64,000 nt of DNA from Eledone cirrhosa (GCA_964016885.1 OZ024741.1:45384001-45448000), one strand, 5' to 3'; positions 26,635 to 38,878 are shown, counted from the stretch's first letter. The notes: a model not told the origin generated them from the sequence alone. Made by a program: numbers and translations.

Positions 26635-26650
26635 TCTTCTATTATTTTTA

Positions 26651-26655
<5 letters not shown>

Positions 26656-26718
<63 letters not shown>
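26656..26718. repeat. (TTA)n at the 5' junction of copy C
   Basis: Read directly from the sequence. Confidence 0.95.
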
Positions 26719-26925
26719 GGCGACCTACGTAGTAAATCGTATCATCGTGAGCTCCGCAAAGGTTTGTTATTTCCGTTTGTTAAAAATTGTCATTTATGGA
26801 AAATTTTATTGTTAACTGTTTATAAGCGCACATACATTGTTTTCCGAAAAGGACACCCAAAAAGATTGGGGCCTTGTGCCCAAAATTTAAACTTTTATTA
26901 TTATCAAAAAATTTCTTTGAAAAAA

Positions 26926-28911
26926 ATGGCTAATTCACCTCTGCACGAAGCAGCTGAAAGCCTTCCTCACAAATTAACACCTCACACCGACACCACCATT
27001 GTAAATGTTACTACGTTTGCCAACACAAAAAAAAATATAAGCACTAGCAATATTTTAAATTTGTCTCAGGCAGACATTCATTTCCCACCATTACCAATGA
27101 CTGCAGGTGTTAAAGCCTCCACCACCACCACCACCGCGACAACCACCACCACCACCTCCACCGCGACAACAGAAACAAAAGAAGAAAAAAATAAATTAAC
27201 TCGTGATGTCGAAATGAAATCAAGCAAAATGGACTCTTCCCCACCAAAGACGACAGACGTCACCACCACCACAACTGAAACTAAAATTAATATTAACGAT
27301 AGCAACAACAACAACAATGACATTATAACCCCCCCCCCCCTCAGTTTCGCCAGAGTAGCAAAACAGTTCGAAGCATTTACGGTAACTCAGGAGGATTTAG
27401 AAAATGCCAAACAAATGGTAAAGAAAGAGGGGTACAGGGTCAGCCTCACCCCCCACCTAATAAAATGGAGCATCGGCGCCTATGCACCGTGTCGTATAGA
27501 ACAATAAATGTAAAATCACGCCGAGTGGAACGGGCATCCGAGTCCCAGATCCAAAAAGCTTTGGGACATGTGTGGGCAAGAAAAAACCACATCAGACGTG
27601 GGCAAAAGTATGGAACCGTGGACGTGTTCTTTGAAACACCAGAGGAGGATAGAGGACACTCCATGGCCCCATTAAGAAGTGACGACTTCACACTCGTCCC
27701 AAGCTATTGTGGCCAGAGACTCGTAAAGATCAGGGTGACCCACGTTCCACCGGCCATCGAAATTCCCTGGCTAATAGCGGCTGTCCTCGCCGGCATCGAA
27801 GCCAACAGGAAAATAATAGCAATAGCAAAAGAAAAGCAGGAGAACTGGTCCGGATCTGGGATGGAGCACCTGATCCAAGCGGACCAAAAAAGCATTGAGG
27901 AGATCCCAGAGGTAATAGACCTCACTGACGGCAGCCACCTCACGGTAATTGTCGAGGGCAGAAGACCTAGGTGTGTCGTTTGTGGTGAAGGAACCCACCT
28001 AAGGGCTTTCTGCCCTCAGGCTAAAAGGTTGAGGCCACCTATCCTACCCACCCCAGTGACACAACCATCAACACCACCAGTAGCAGAGATGGCAGCAACA
28101 ACTGTAGCAGCAACAACAGAAGCAACTATAACAGCAACAACCCCAGCAACAGTAGCAAAACCAACACCACCACCACCACCAGCAAAACCAACACCACCAC
28201 CACCCAACGCTTCAGAACTAGCACCAGCGCCTACACCATCCACCACGCCACAACCAAAACTAACGGCTGTGGAGGATTTTCTACTCCCCGGCCTATCACA
28301 ACTGGAGACAGATTGTGACGACGAGGAGTGGGAAACGATATCCGAAAAAAAAAAGAAACCAAAAAAGAAAAAATTCTCTTCCTTCCCCCTCCAAAAACAA
28401 AATACAGAGGGAAACAAATAAATTAAGAAACAAAAAAGTTAGGACAGATATGCCACCATCCACACCAGCATCACCAACCCCATCAACCCAAACACCAATA
28501 CCATCACCATCATTAACCCCAACACCACCATCACCTACACCACAAAAGTCACCAAAATGCGAAACAGAAACAAACCCACAACAAACGCAAACAAAACAAA
28601 ACAACCAAAACGATACACACTACACAGCATTAAATTTGAACAACAAGCAATTATTACACTACATCCAACACAACACCAGCATCACAGAAAAAGACTACAC
28701 AACAACCCCAAAATTCACACCACCTCCACACATACAAATCACTCGCATCACACAGAAAACGTACATGACACTAAAACAAAAATTCCCTAAAGACATCGGA
28801 GACTTCCGACAAGCACTCTCCAGGAGGATTTATAAGGACATCCTTCCTGAGGAGGCCACAAGCAGTGAAAAGGATGGAAAAACCGTCCTTCCCCTACGTG
28901 AAGTAAGGTAA
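26926..28911 (+). pseudogene. ORF1 of copy C (two frameshifts)
   Basis: ATG at 26926; pieces ending 27507, 28421 and 28911; knuckle CVVCGEGTHLRAFC. Confidence 0.85.
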
Positions 28912-28936
28912 GTGGTCTTTCCCATCTTTTCCACTC

Positions 28937-31900
28937 CGTGGCTTGGGGTCGTCATGGAAGCAGGGCCACCTGCTCAACGACCTCAGGTCACTAAACATAG
29001 ATGTAGTGGCCATCAGCGAGACCAGAATCTCCGAAGCACAGGCTTTCGCACCGATCCTCGGCGGCTACGATGTGTACGTATCTCCCAGCCGTCCGGGATC
29101 GGGTGGAGGAGTTGCTGTGCTTTTTCGGAGAGGTTTGGATCTTGCCATACGGGCCATCTTCCTGGACACAGAAGGTAAGTTGGTGGTGCTGGACGTGACC
29201 AGCGGAGACGGCCAAGCTTTCAGGTTAGTGGCCGTCTATGCCCCGACAGGAGAAGGGCGGCCTGATTTATTCCGGCGTCTGGAGACCTTTCTTGGAACGT
29301 CCCGCTCTTTAGTGTTAGTGGGCGACTGGAACGGGATCTTAGATGCACGCTGGGATTGTGTGGGATTAGTGGATAGGGAAGGAGGGTGCAAGATTGTCAC
29401 CAACCTGCTCAGACGTTTTGAACTGTCTGACAGGTACCGAATGGATTTCCCGAATGTACCAATGTGGACTTGGACAAATCGCATAGGGTCATCCAGATCA
29501 TATCTAGATAGAGTATTTTGTAGGGAAATAGATAGGTCTAGCATAGGCTGTCCACAATTCAAGATAGTCAGCTACACGGACCACAAATTCGTGATCTGTG
29601 TGCTTGACTTAGATAGGCTTCATAGACGAGGACCCGGCTACTGGAAGCTAAACGCGTCCTTACCAGCGCGCAAGGCCTACAGAGACCGGATTAGCGAACT
29701 AGTTAAGCGGGCGTTGACGGGGGCCATCGTCAACAACAAGTGGTGGTTTGCTCTGAAAAGAGCAATTAGAAAAGAGTCCATTAGGTTTAGTAAGACTTTA
29801 GCAATAGACGAAAATAGAGCAGAGGGAGAATTAGTTAGAAAATTAGATGAGGCGCTTAGCAAAGGCATCGCGACCGACGTACTTGCTGCGAAATTGGCCC
29901 TTGAACAATTCTTCAATGCAAAGCACGAAGGCTGCGTTGTCAGAGCTAGGGTGCGTGCTCTCAGACACGAAGGGACGAAAGCCGTTCAATGGGCCCGAGT
30001 GGCGGAGGCGCGTCGTGGCAACAAAGCCACGATCCGGTCTTTGGTGGACCACGACGGGCGCATGCTACTCGATCCCGGGCAAATGTGTGAAGCTTTTCAG
30101 CGACACTTCGCTCAACTGTTCGGGGGCAGTGGCGGGCCGGATCGAGGGATGGACTTTAGTGTCTACCTCGACGGACTGCCGCGGCTTTCGGCCAATGAGG
30201 CGGAGTGTTGCGAAAAGCTGATAACAACCGCTGAAGTACGGGATGCAATGACTAGTTGCACAAGGGGTAAATCGCCTGGTTTAGATGGTCTGCCCTATGA
30301 ACTTTACGTACAAATGCCAAACTTGTTAGGAGGCCTCTTGGCGGACGTCTACTGCAACTGGCAACAGAACGGGAGAATTCCCAGCTCTCTGAGCCGAGGA
30401 GCGGTGGCGCTACTGAGAAAGGATCCGAACAAGGGGGATAACATAGATAATTTTAGGCCCATAACTCTGCTAAACACAGAGTTCAAGATTTTGGCCAAGG
30501 TGCTAGCAAAGAGGTTGGCGCTTGTCGTTGGTGGTCTGGTGGGAGAGGCACAGACATGCGCCATTCCCGACAGATCCATTCACGACAACCTCCACCTGAT
30601 GCGATACATCGTAGAGAGGGTAGCTAGGGAACCTGGCACCGGTGGGTCTTTGATCAATTTAGATCAGTCGAAAGCCTTCGATAGGGTCGACCATCGTTAC
30701 CTAGCGGCAGTCCTGAGGGCGGCTGGCTTTGGGCCCGTCTTCAGAGGCTTGATCGCTGCCATGCACAGCGACATCTGCTCTGTAGTGAGAGTGAACGGTC
30801 ACCTTTCGGAACCGTTCAACATCATGCGCCCGGTCCGCCAAGGATGTCCCCTCTCGTCCCTATTGTACGTATTGACTCTCGAGCCATTACTGCACAAACT
30901 GGAGACGTTGAGGGGGGTCCCGCGCGAACTATGATGCGTTAGATCCGTGTCAGCATATGCCGACGATGTCACCGTAGTGGTGTCGAACGCCAAACACATC
31001 AAGGCGATCGGCACTACACTAAGAGAATACGAAGCGGTGACAGGAGCAATGATCAACCAGGAAAGGTCAGTGGGCCTGCAGCTCGGCACCTGGAGAGGCA
31101 GGTCCATGCCGTCCAACAGCGTCGTCAGGCGCTGGACGGACGGACCGGTTAAATTGCTAGGGGTCTGGTTCGGTCCAGACCTCCAGACGGACAAAAACTG
31201 GGACGAGGTGACGAGCAGGTTGGCTTCTCTCACCCAGAAATGGGCCGAGAGGAAGCTATCCCTGAAAGGTCGAGCGGAGGTGGCTAACGCGTACATCGCG
31301 TCCGTCATCTACTACCGCCTGACCGTCGTAACTTGTCCTAAGCTCCGCCTGACTGCGCTGGAGCGTTTGCTCTTTCGCTTCTTGTGGAAGGGACGCGCTC
31401 CGATGGTCAGGCGGTCCATCTGCTGTCAACACCCGCTACGTGGAGGGCTGGGCATGCCGTGGCTGATGATGCGCAGACACGCGCTCAGGCTACGACATCT
31501 CCACCTCTTCCTCGACGGTGATCAGGTGTGGTCGCCGTTTGCTAGACGTGTTTTTCCCCAGCTCGTCTCCTTGACGGAGCTGCAGTCCTGGGTCAAGCGA
31601 AGACCGAGTGGGAGCGCTTGGAGACTGGAATGTCTTTAGGCGCTCACAGCCCTCGACCAATCGGGCAATGTGATCGGTGGAAACTCCACCTTGGCGTTCT
31701 ATAGGGGATTAGTGGAGGGGAAGAGCGACGACGTACTTGGAGAAACTCTAGGCGTCGATGAAAATCCACTAGCCAATCTCTTCGGAAGGACTTTCGGGCC
31801 GGGGCCTATGGACAACTTCCAGAAATCCCTGGCCTGGCAGTGCTACCGGGGTGCTTTGCCAGTTCGGGATAAACTTTACAGGCATGGAGGTGCCGTCAGC

Positions 31901-32323
31901 CGGGCATGTCCGAGATGCGCACAGGGCGACGAAACCGTCCTGCACGCACTCGTCCAGTGTCCGAGCATTGCTGACTTGTGGGTTTATGTCGAACACCTGC
32001 TGTCACGTGTAGGACGGATCCAGCTATCAGCTGAGTCCATCGTGAGGATTGCCCCGCCCTCTTCCTTTAGCCGGGAAGGGCAGGCAGTTTTTATCTGTCT
32101 GGTGGCCATGGCGAAAGAGATAGTATGGTGGACACGTTTGAAAGGGCTGAAGACGAGCACTTACCTCTTCGGTGATGCCCTGATTAACTTTTTCAAATTT
32201 CATCTGAAAAGGAAAATTAGGGTAGAGAGGGAAGTGCTCTCTTCCCAGCATTTTGTTGAAAGATGGGTGAGAGAAGCAAGTATGGCCCGAATGAATGGGC
32301 CTTCTCTGAGTATGTGTCTGTAA
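28937..32323 (+). pseudogene. ORF2 of copy C (start codon region deleted, two in-frame stops)
   Basis: Pieces 28943-30934, 30947-31639 and 31670-32323 share one frame. Motifs LDQSKAFDRV, RQGCPLS, YADD, CPRC-x8-H-x4-C. Confidence 0.92.
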
Positions 32324-32573
32324 ATTAAAGGTGGAAAACTGGGAGAGGGCACTTGCCCTGGTGGTCAGGGCCACTGTGGTCTTTTAATGGGCTTTCTCAA
32401 CAAATGTCCCTCGGAAGTCTCCCCCCTATTGGGGAATTGTTCTTTGTTATTTTATTTCATCCTCTGTTTTTTTTACACGCAGAAATGCCCATTTGTACCG
32501 TCCTGTATTGTCCTGTACTGTCCTTAATGTCTACTTTATGTAAACCCTTGTGGTTAATAAAGAAAACATTATT

Positions 32574-32604
<31 letters not shown>

Positions 32605-32703
32605 TTATTATTATTATTTCCATTGCTAAGGTTACTATGTTCAACTATTCTATGCGGGGAGCTATGAGGCTTACTATTGCTGTTACTTATCTTTTGCTGT
32701 CAC

Positions 32704-32721
32704 TATCTTTTACTTGATTTT
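32704..32721. repeat. 18-bp target-site duplication of copy D (TATCTTTTACTTGATTTT; partner 38343-38360)
   Basis: Exact direct repeat. A single-copy empty site is visible in the mirror arm at 23368-23385 with one mismatch. Confidence 0.92.
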
Positions 32722-32769
32722 GAACATTTTATCTTTCGAAAAACTTCGAAAAACCCTATTTTGAGAAAA

Positions 32770-34616
32770 ATGGCTGAAGCATCCTCACCATCAATCAAAG
32801 AAGGAAAGGGGAAGTCATACTCACAGCTTCCCCCTGCCACTGTCACAGCAGCAGATGCCAAAGACAGAGGTCAGAGAGAGGAAGAATTGTCTTCACCTGT
32901 TGACCGACCACTAGATATAGCCACAACTACACAAGAATTTGAAAGCAACAACAACAACAACGACAACAACAGCAACAATAAAGACAACAAAAACAACAAC
33001 AACACAAACGTCACAAGTATCCACACACGAAACGAGAAAGACAACAACAACAACAAAGATGAAAACAACTCAAACGACGAGAAACAAAACAATACTAATA
33101 TCCAAAACGAAAACAAAATATCTTTTGCACAAACGGCTAAATTATCAGTCGCTTATGTGCTGGAAGATATTTCAAAAGCAAAAGAAATGCTGGAAAAAGC
33201 CAAGAAATATGTGTCTTTTGGCGAAAACGGTTCGTTTTCTATACATTCACCTCCGGAGCTAAAAAGACAGACGGAATTACGAACTGTCGTATTCCGAACA
33301 ATTTTAAATAAAACAAAGAAACCAGCGCAACCATCTCAAGCGGAAATCCAGTTAGTCTTGAAAGACGCGATGAGAGACATCACTTTCATACAAAAGGATA
33401 AACTCTATGGGAGTTTATCCATATTGATGAAAGACGAATTGGCGGCAAAAAAATACTCTGTGTCGCCAATTCGGTCCACACACTACACCTTCTTCCCCAC
33501 CTACATGGGTAAAAAAACCCAGAGGATATGGATAACCACCATCACCCCAAACATAAACTACTGGTGGTTACTAACCGGTTTCCTCAATTTAGACGAGGAC
33601 AACCTCATCTCAATAGGGAAGGCATCCGGCGACGCGTTCAGTGGAACGAGCCTCGAAGTTCTGACCCAAATAAGGCCAGAACGCATCGCCCAAATCCCTG
33701 AGCGCGTCATGCTGGATGACCGTACCCACCTCAACATTATTGTGGAGGGTAGGCGTCCCTCCTGTTTCCTCTGTGGCAATAGAGGTCACCTGAGGGCTGC
33801 CTGTCCCCAGCTCACACAGAAAAAAACACTGCTACCAACACCAACACCACCCCAACTACAACAACAAAAACAACCACAACAACAACAAAAACCAACAACC
33901 CCACCACCACCACCACAACAACAACAACAACAAACACGTGAAAAAAATAACACAGAATACTGTCCCACCCAATCCCTCCCCACCCAAAACAAATACAAAA
34001 ACACGCACACCGCAAACACTACCAGAAAACATACCCCTCCCACCCAACAAGGAAGACGAACCTCTTTCGTCGCAAGACGAAAAAGATCCCTTCCAACAAG
34101 TAAAAAGAAAGAAGAGGAGACGCACCACAGACACACATGTTAACTTTAACCCCCCCCCCAAGAGAACACAAACTACACACAAACCATCCCTCCCTGTCAC
34201 ACAACACTAACTGCTACACAAAAAAAGACCTTACAATACACATACATGAACACAGACAACAAAGAATTACGGAAAACAATTTCAGCAAACCCTTCGGTCC
34301 AAACTGAAGGGCCAAACTTTATAACTGCTGTGGGACTACCTCATTTGAAAATGATAAAAGTCCCAATGCACTTGTACAAAACACTGAAAATAAATTTCAC
34401 GGAGGACGTGGGCCCCCCTGCGCCAAACCAATCAACCGCGTCCTCCTAAAAAATTTCACCCCCCCACCCCACCCAGACACCCACTCAACGACAAACACCC
34501 CAACCCCACAACACACCGATGCCCCTTCACTTCCACAAACCACCACCCCACCCAACAACCCATCCCCAACCAGCATGGAAATTGAGCGGCCCGTTTCCCG
34601 GGACGCAGAGAGGTAA
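32770..34616 (+). pseudogene. ORF1 of copy D (open to 34143, C-terminal part frameshifted)
   Basis: ATG-GCT at 32770, poly-Asn tract, knuckle CFLCGNRGHLRAAC, poly-Gln/Pro tract, terminal frame ending DAER-TAA at 34614-34616. Confidence 0.82.
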
Positions 34617-34640
34617 GTGCCTTTTCTCTTTACCACCAAC

Positions 34641-37600
34641 ATGGCTGTGCTAAGAGTAGGGTGTCTAAATGCGCGTGGCCTGGGCTCGTCTTGGAAGCAA
34701 GCAATGCTTCTAAATGACCTCAGGTCACAATCTATAAATGTGATGGTTATCTGCGAGGCCCGGATCAGCAGCATGCGACAGCTAGCCCCCACCTTTGACG
34801 ACTTTGAGATGCACGCATCTCTCTGTCAGCCCGGAGGTGGGGGTGGGGTTGTCGTTCTGCTGCAAAAACATATGGGCCTTGCAACACAGATAGTTCACTT
34901 GGACCCAGGGGGTCGACTGGTGGTGCTGGACCTTGGCAGTGGTGAAGGTGGAGCCCTTAGGCTGATAGCCGCATATGCCCCTTTTGGGACAGAGCGGCCC
35001 GACTTTTTCCAGCGTCTGGAGTCTTTTCTAGGGACGTCCCGTTCCCTGCTTTTAGTGGGGGATTGGAATGGTATACTGGATGCACGTTGGGACTATGCAG
35101 GGGCATGTCCCGATAGAGAGGGGTGCAACAGCCTCAAGGGGTTACTCGGCCGATTTGACCTGGCCGATAGATTTCGACTAGATTTTCCGACGGTGCCAAC
35201 CTGGTCTTGGTCAAATCGCAGCGGATCATCTAGATCGTACCTAGATAGATTTTTAGTTAGAAATAAGGACAGGGACTTTTTAAGTTGTCCAGAAATGCTC
35301 ATGGTTGGCTATTCAGACCACAAGTTGGTGACCTGCATGGTCAACCTTGATAGAACGCATAGACAGGGCCCCGGTTACTGGAAGCTCAACTTGTCCTTGC
35401 CGGCAAGTAGAGCCTACAGGAATCGGATTAGTACGTTAGTTAAGGAACGGTTGACTGGAGCGATCGTCAACAGCAGGTGGTGGGTATCTCTAAAGAGAGA
35501 GATTAGAGTAGTCTCGATTGAATTTAGTAAGGTTCTAGCTGCGGATAGGAATAGGAAGGAAAGGGAGCTAATAGATAGAGTAGAAGAGGCTATTAGAAGC
35601 GGCGACGTGGCCAGAGTGCTAGCGTCGAGAACGGCTTTGAGCCAGTTTTTCGACGCGAAGCACGAAGGCTGCGTTGTCCGAAGTAAAATACGTGCTCTAG
35701 GGAACGAGGGGGCCAAAGCTGTTAGCTGGGCCCGCGTGACAGAGGCCAACAGTGGAACTAAATCCACCATCCGGTCTTTGCGAGACCTGGATGGACGGGC
35801 GATTCTTGAGCCTAAGCAGATGTGTGAGGCCTTTCAAAGGCACTTTGCCCGACTGTTCGGGAGGGGCGGGGAGCCGGTTGGAAACGTGGACTTCGGTCCA
35901 TACCTCGACGGCCTGCCGCGCCTCTCGGACAGGGAGGCGAAGTCTTGCGAGGAGCCGATTTCGGCCGCTGAGATAGAGGACGTGCTGGGCCAATGCGGCA
36001 AACGCAAATCCCCGGGTCTCGATGGTCTTCCTTACGAATTATATCTAGCTATGCCGGACTTGTTCCCCGATCTCCTCGAGGCGGTCTACTGCAACTGGCA
36101 ACAGAACGGGAGAATTCCCTGTACTGTGACCAAGGGCGTAGTCACGCTAGTGAGGAAGGACGAGAACAAGGGGGACGAAATAAGTAACTTCAGGCCCATA
36201 ACTCTGCTAAATACAGAGTTACAGATTTTGGCCAAGGTGCTAGCAAAGAGGTTGGCGCTTGTCGTGGGCAACCTGGTGGGAGATGCGCAGACATGCGCTA
36301 TCCCGTCCAGGTCCATCCATGACAACCTCCACCTCATGCGATACATCATAGAGAGGGTTGGGAACGAACCCGGCTTTGGTGGGGCTCTGATCAACTTGGA
36401 TCAATCTAAGGCGTTCGATAGGGTCGACCATGGTTACCTGGATGCGGTGCTAGCGGCGGCAGGCTTCGGACCCGTTTTCAGGGGCTGGATCACTGCTATG
36501 CACAGCAGCCGCATCTGCTCTAGGGTCAAGGTGAACGGCTACCTCTCGGAGCCGTTCAAAATCGCGCGGTCCATCCGACAAGGGTGCCCTCTCTCCTCCC
36601 TTCTGTATGTGTTGACTCTCGAGCCACTACTGCGGAAGTTGGAGTTGTTGCAGGGCATCCCTTTGGAACCGGGATTGCGGAAAGCGGTGTCAGCCTACGC
36701 CGATGATGTGACAGTAATGGTGTCGACGGCCTCCGAAATCGAGGCGGTCGGCACCTTACTGGAGGAGTACGAAAAGTTCACAGGGGCTAAGCTGAACCGG
36801 GACAAGTCGATCGGTTTGCAACTCGGCACGTGGAGGGGCAGACCGATGCCCTCCGATGGCGTCGTCGGACGCTGGACGGAGGGCCCGGTGAAGTTGCTCG
36901 GGGTCTGGTTCGGACCGGACCTCCAGGTGGAGAAAAACTGGGCGGAGGTTACGAACAGGGTGTTTGCACTGACCCAGAAGTGGGCCAGTTGCAAACTATC
37001 CCTGAAAGGTCGGGCGGAGGTGGCGAACACTTATATAGCGTCCGTCATCTACTACCGCCTGACCGTAGTGCCCTGCCCAAGGGAAACCCTCACCAAGATG
37101 GAGCGCGCGCTCTTCCAATTCCTTTGGAAGGGGCGGGCTCCTATGGTGAGGAGATCCATCTGCTGTCAACACCCTTCGAAAGGAGGGCTGGGGATGCCGT
37201 GGCTAATGATGCGTAAACACGCATTAAGGCTACGGCACCTCTACGTATTCCTCACCGGACAACCGGTGTGGGCCTCGTTTGTGAGACGAACCTTTCCCAG
37301 ACTCGTCTCACTCACCGAGCTGCAATCCTGGGTCAAGCAAAGACCGAGAAAACTGGGCGCCTGGCACACTGAGTGTGCCCAGGCGCTCACCGCCCTCTGG
37401 CAGGCGGATCCGGTTATCAGTGGAGACTCCACCGCAACATTCTATAGAGGGCTGGTACGCAGCAGGTGCGACGACGCCCTCGGAGAAGCCCTAGACATGG
37501 AGGAGGACGAACTGGCCAGCCTGTTCGGTAGGACATTCAGCCCGGGACCTATGGACAACTTCCAGAAGTCCCTGGCCTGGCAGTGCTACCGAGGGGCTTT

Positions 37601-38078
37601 ACCCGTTCGAGAAAGGCTCTACAGACACGAGCGCCCGGGTAGGGACCCCGCCAAAAAGATCTGTCCCAGATGCGTGTGCGACGAGGAAACCGTTGCACAC
37701 GCATTGGTACACTGCTCGGGCGTAGCCGATCTGTGGGGCTATGTCGAACAACTGCTGTCAAGGGTCGGACCGATCCGGTTGACCACCGAGTCTATTGTAA
37801 TGATCAAGCCGCCTCCCCCCTTCAAAGATGAAGCAGAGGCGGTGTTTCTGTGCGTAATAGCCATGGCGAAAGAGGTTGTATGGTGGACGCGTCTGAAAGG
37901 ACTGAGGTCAGGCACCTTTCTCTCTGGCCAACAACTGGTCCGTTTCTTCCGATATCATTTCGGAAGAAGGATCAGGATGGAGAGAGAGGTGCTGCACCCC
38001 AGTCGTTTTTATGAAAGGTGGGTGAAAGTGGCGAGAATGGCCCGTGTGAATGGGCCTTCTCTTTACATAAGCCTGTAG
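34641..38078 (+). CDS. Intact ORF2 polyprotein (1145 aa): APE endonuclease, reverse transcriptase and C-terminal CCHC finger
   Basis: AAC-ATG-G start. Motifs NARGL, GDWN, SDH, KSPGLDGLP, LDQSKAFDRV, RQGCPLS, YADD, CPRCVCDEETVAHALVHC. Confidence 0.96.
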   Translation: MAVLRVGCLNARGLGSSWKQAMLLNDLRSQSINVMVICEARISSMRQLAPTFDDFEMHASLCQPGGGGGVVVLLQKHMGLATQIVHLDPGGRLVVLDLGSGEGGALRLIAAYAPFGTERPDFFQRLESFLGTSRSLLLVGDWNGILDARWDYAGACPDREGCNSLKGLLGRFDLADRFRLDFPTVPTWSWSNRSGSSRSYLDRFLVRNKDRDFLSCPEMLMVGYSDHKLVTCMVNLDRTHRQGPGYWKLNLSLPASRAYRNRISTLVKERLTGAIVNSRWWVSLKREIRVVSIEFSKVLAADRNRKERELIDRVEEAIRSGDVARVLASRTALSQFFDAKHEGCVVRSKIRALGNEGAKAVSWARVTEANSGTKSTIRSLRDLDGRAILEPKQMCEAFQRHFARLFGRGGEPVGNVDFGPYLDGLPRLSDREAKSCEEPISAAEIEDVLGQCGKRKSPGLDGLPYELYLAMPDLFPDLLEAVYCNWQQNGRIPCTVTKGVVTLVRKDENKGDEISNFRPITLLNTELQILAKVLAKRLALVVGNLVGDAQTCAIPSRSIHDNLHLMRYIIERVGNEPGFGGALINLDQSKAFDRVDHGYLDAVLAAAGFGPVFRGWITAMHSSRICSRVKVNGYLSEPFKIARSIRQGCPLSSLLYVLTLEPLLRKLELLQGIPLEPGLRKAVSAYADDVTVMVSTASEIEAVGTLLEEYEKFTGAKLNRDKSIGLQLGTWRGRPMPSDGVVGRWTEGPVKLLGVWFGPDLQVEKNWAEVTNRVFALTQKWASCKLSLKGRAEVANTYIASVIYYRLTVVPCPRETLTKMERALFQFLWKGRAPMVRRSICCQHPSKGGLGMPWLMMRKHALRLRHLYVFLTGQPVWASFVRRTFPRLVSLTELQSWVKQRPRKLGAWHTECAQALTALWQADPVISGDSTATFYRGLVRSRCDDALGEALDMEEDELASLFGRTFSPGPMDNFQKSLAWQCYRGALPVRERLYRHERPGRDPAKKICPRCVCDEETVAHALVHCSGVADLWGYVEQLLSRVGPIRLTTESIVMIKPPPPFKDEAEAVFLCVIAMAKEVVWWTRLKGLRSGTFLSGQQLVRFFRYHFGRRIRMEREVLHPSRFYERWVKVARMARVNGPSLYISL

Positions 38079-38789
38079 GTGGAGAAGAGGAAGGAACGAG
38101 GGAGCACCCCCTCTCTGTGCTCCTGAGGAAAAGGGTTGCACACTTTTTTCGGGGGTGTGTGCGACCCCCCAAGGCGCCTCCTCTCTATTGAGGATTTTGT
38201 TAAAAATTTTATTTTTTGTTATATCTTATTTTATTTTTATATTTTGTTATTGCCTCCTCCTTATTGAGGACGCCTTTTTGTGTAAACTCCCCCCTTTGTA
38301 CTTGTCCCACTTTTGATGCCCTAGTGGCAAATAAAAGAAACTTATCTTTTACTTGATTTTATTTTTTATTTTTTATTTTTTATTTTTTATTTTTTATTTT
38401 TTATTTTTTATTTTTTATTTTTTATTTTTTATTTTTTATTTTTTATTTTTTATTTTTTATTTTTTATTTTTTATTTTTTATTTTTTATTTTTTATTTTTT
38501 ATTTTTTATTTTTTATTTTTTATTTTTTATTTTTTATTTTTTATTTTTTATTTTTTATTTTTTATTTTTTATTTTTTATTTTTTATTTTTTATTTTTTAT
38601 TTTTTTACTTTTTTTTTTCTTATTTATTTATTTTTATTTATTTATTTTTTTTTTTTTTTTTTTTAATCCTTTATTCCTTATATCTTACATGAACAATACT
38701 TTAAATTCCTCCCACCTTATGATATCCCCACATTATATTCTTCTGTTTTGGATTTGTAAATGCTTCTATACTCTGTATCTACTCTTTAA

Positions 38790-38833
38790 GCTCTGAAGAG
38801 TCCCACTTTTAGTGTGGACGAAACATTGTCAGC
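38790..38833 (+). ncRNA. Minimal type I hammerhead ribozyme of P1 (mirror at 22894-22937 is mutated to CUGAAAA)
   Basis: gcu CUGAAGA gucc-cacu-uuu-agug-u-ggac GAAA cauug UC agc, then AUUAAA. Confidence 0.85.
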
Positions 38834-38878
38834 AATTAAAGATATACCTATGTTCTAAGCGCTCTTTGTTGTTAATTG

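Larger units (their letters stand above)
26719..32567 (+). mobile_element. Tx1/L1-clade LINE copy C, apparently full length, inserted in (TTA)n
   Basis: 5'UTR, ORF1 and ORF2; the 3' end GTGGTTAATAAAGAAAAC runs into ATTATT (32568-32618). Confidence 0.93.
32722..38342 (+). mobile_element. Tx1/L1-clade LINE copy D, near full length and probably young, TATC-class
   Basis: Bounded by the 18-bp TSD, with an intact ORF2. Confidence 0.95.

Noticed and set aside
26464-26925. N-terminal extension with poly-Ile on ORF 26464-27507 (likewise 32677-32769)
   Set aside because: It is antisense PLE sequence plus (ATT)n plus 5'UTR. The real ORF1 starts are the ATG-GCT at 26926 and 32770.
38080-38316. 78-codon open frame with a transmembrane-like stretch that would be joined to ORF1 if ORF2 were spliced out
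   Set aside because: The frame is not conserved: close relative F3 has TGA immediately. The hydrophobicity follows from the T-rich UTR.
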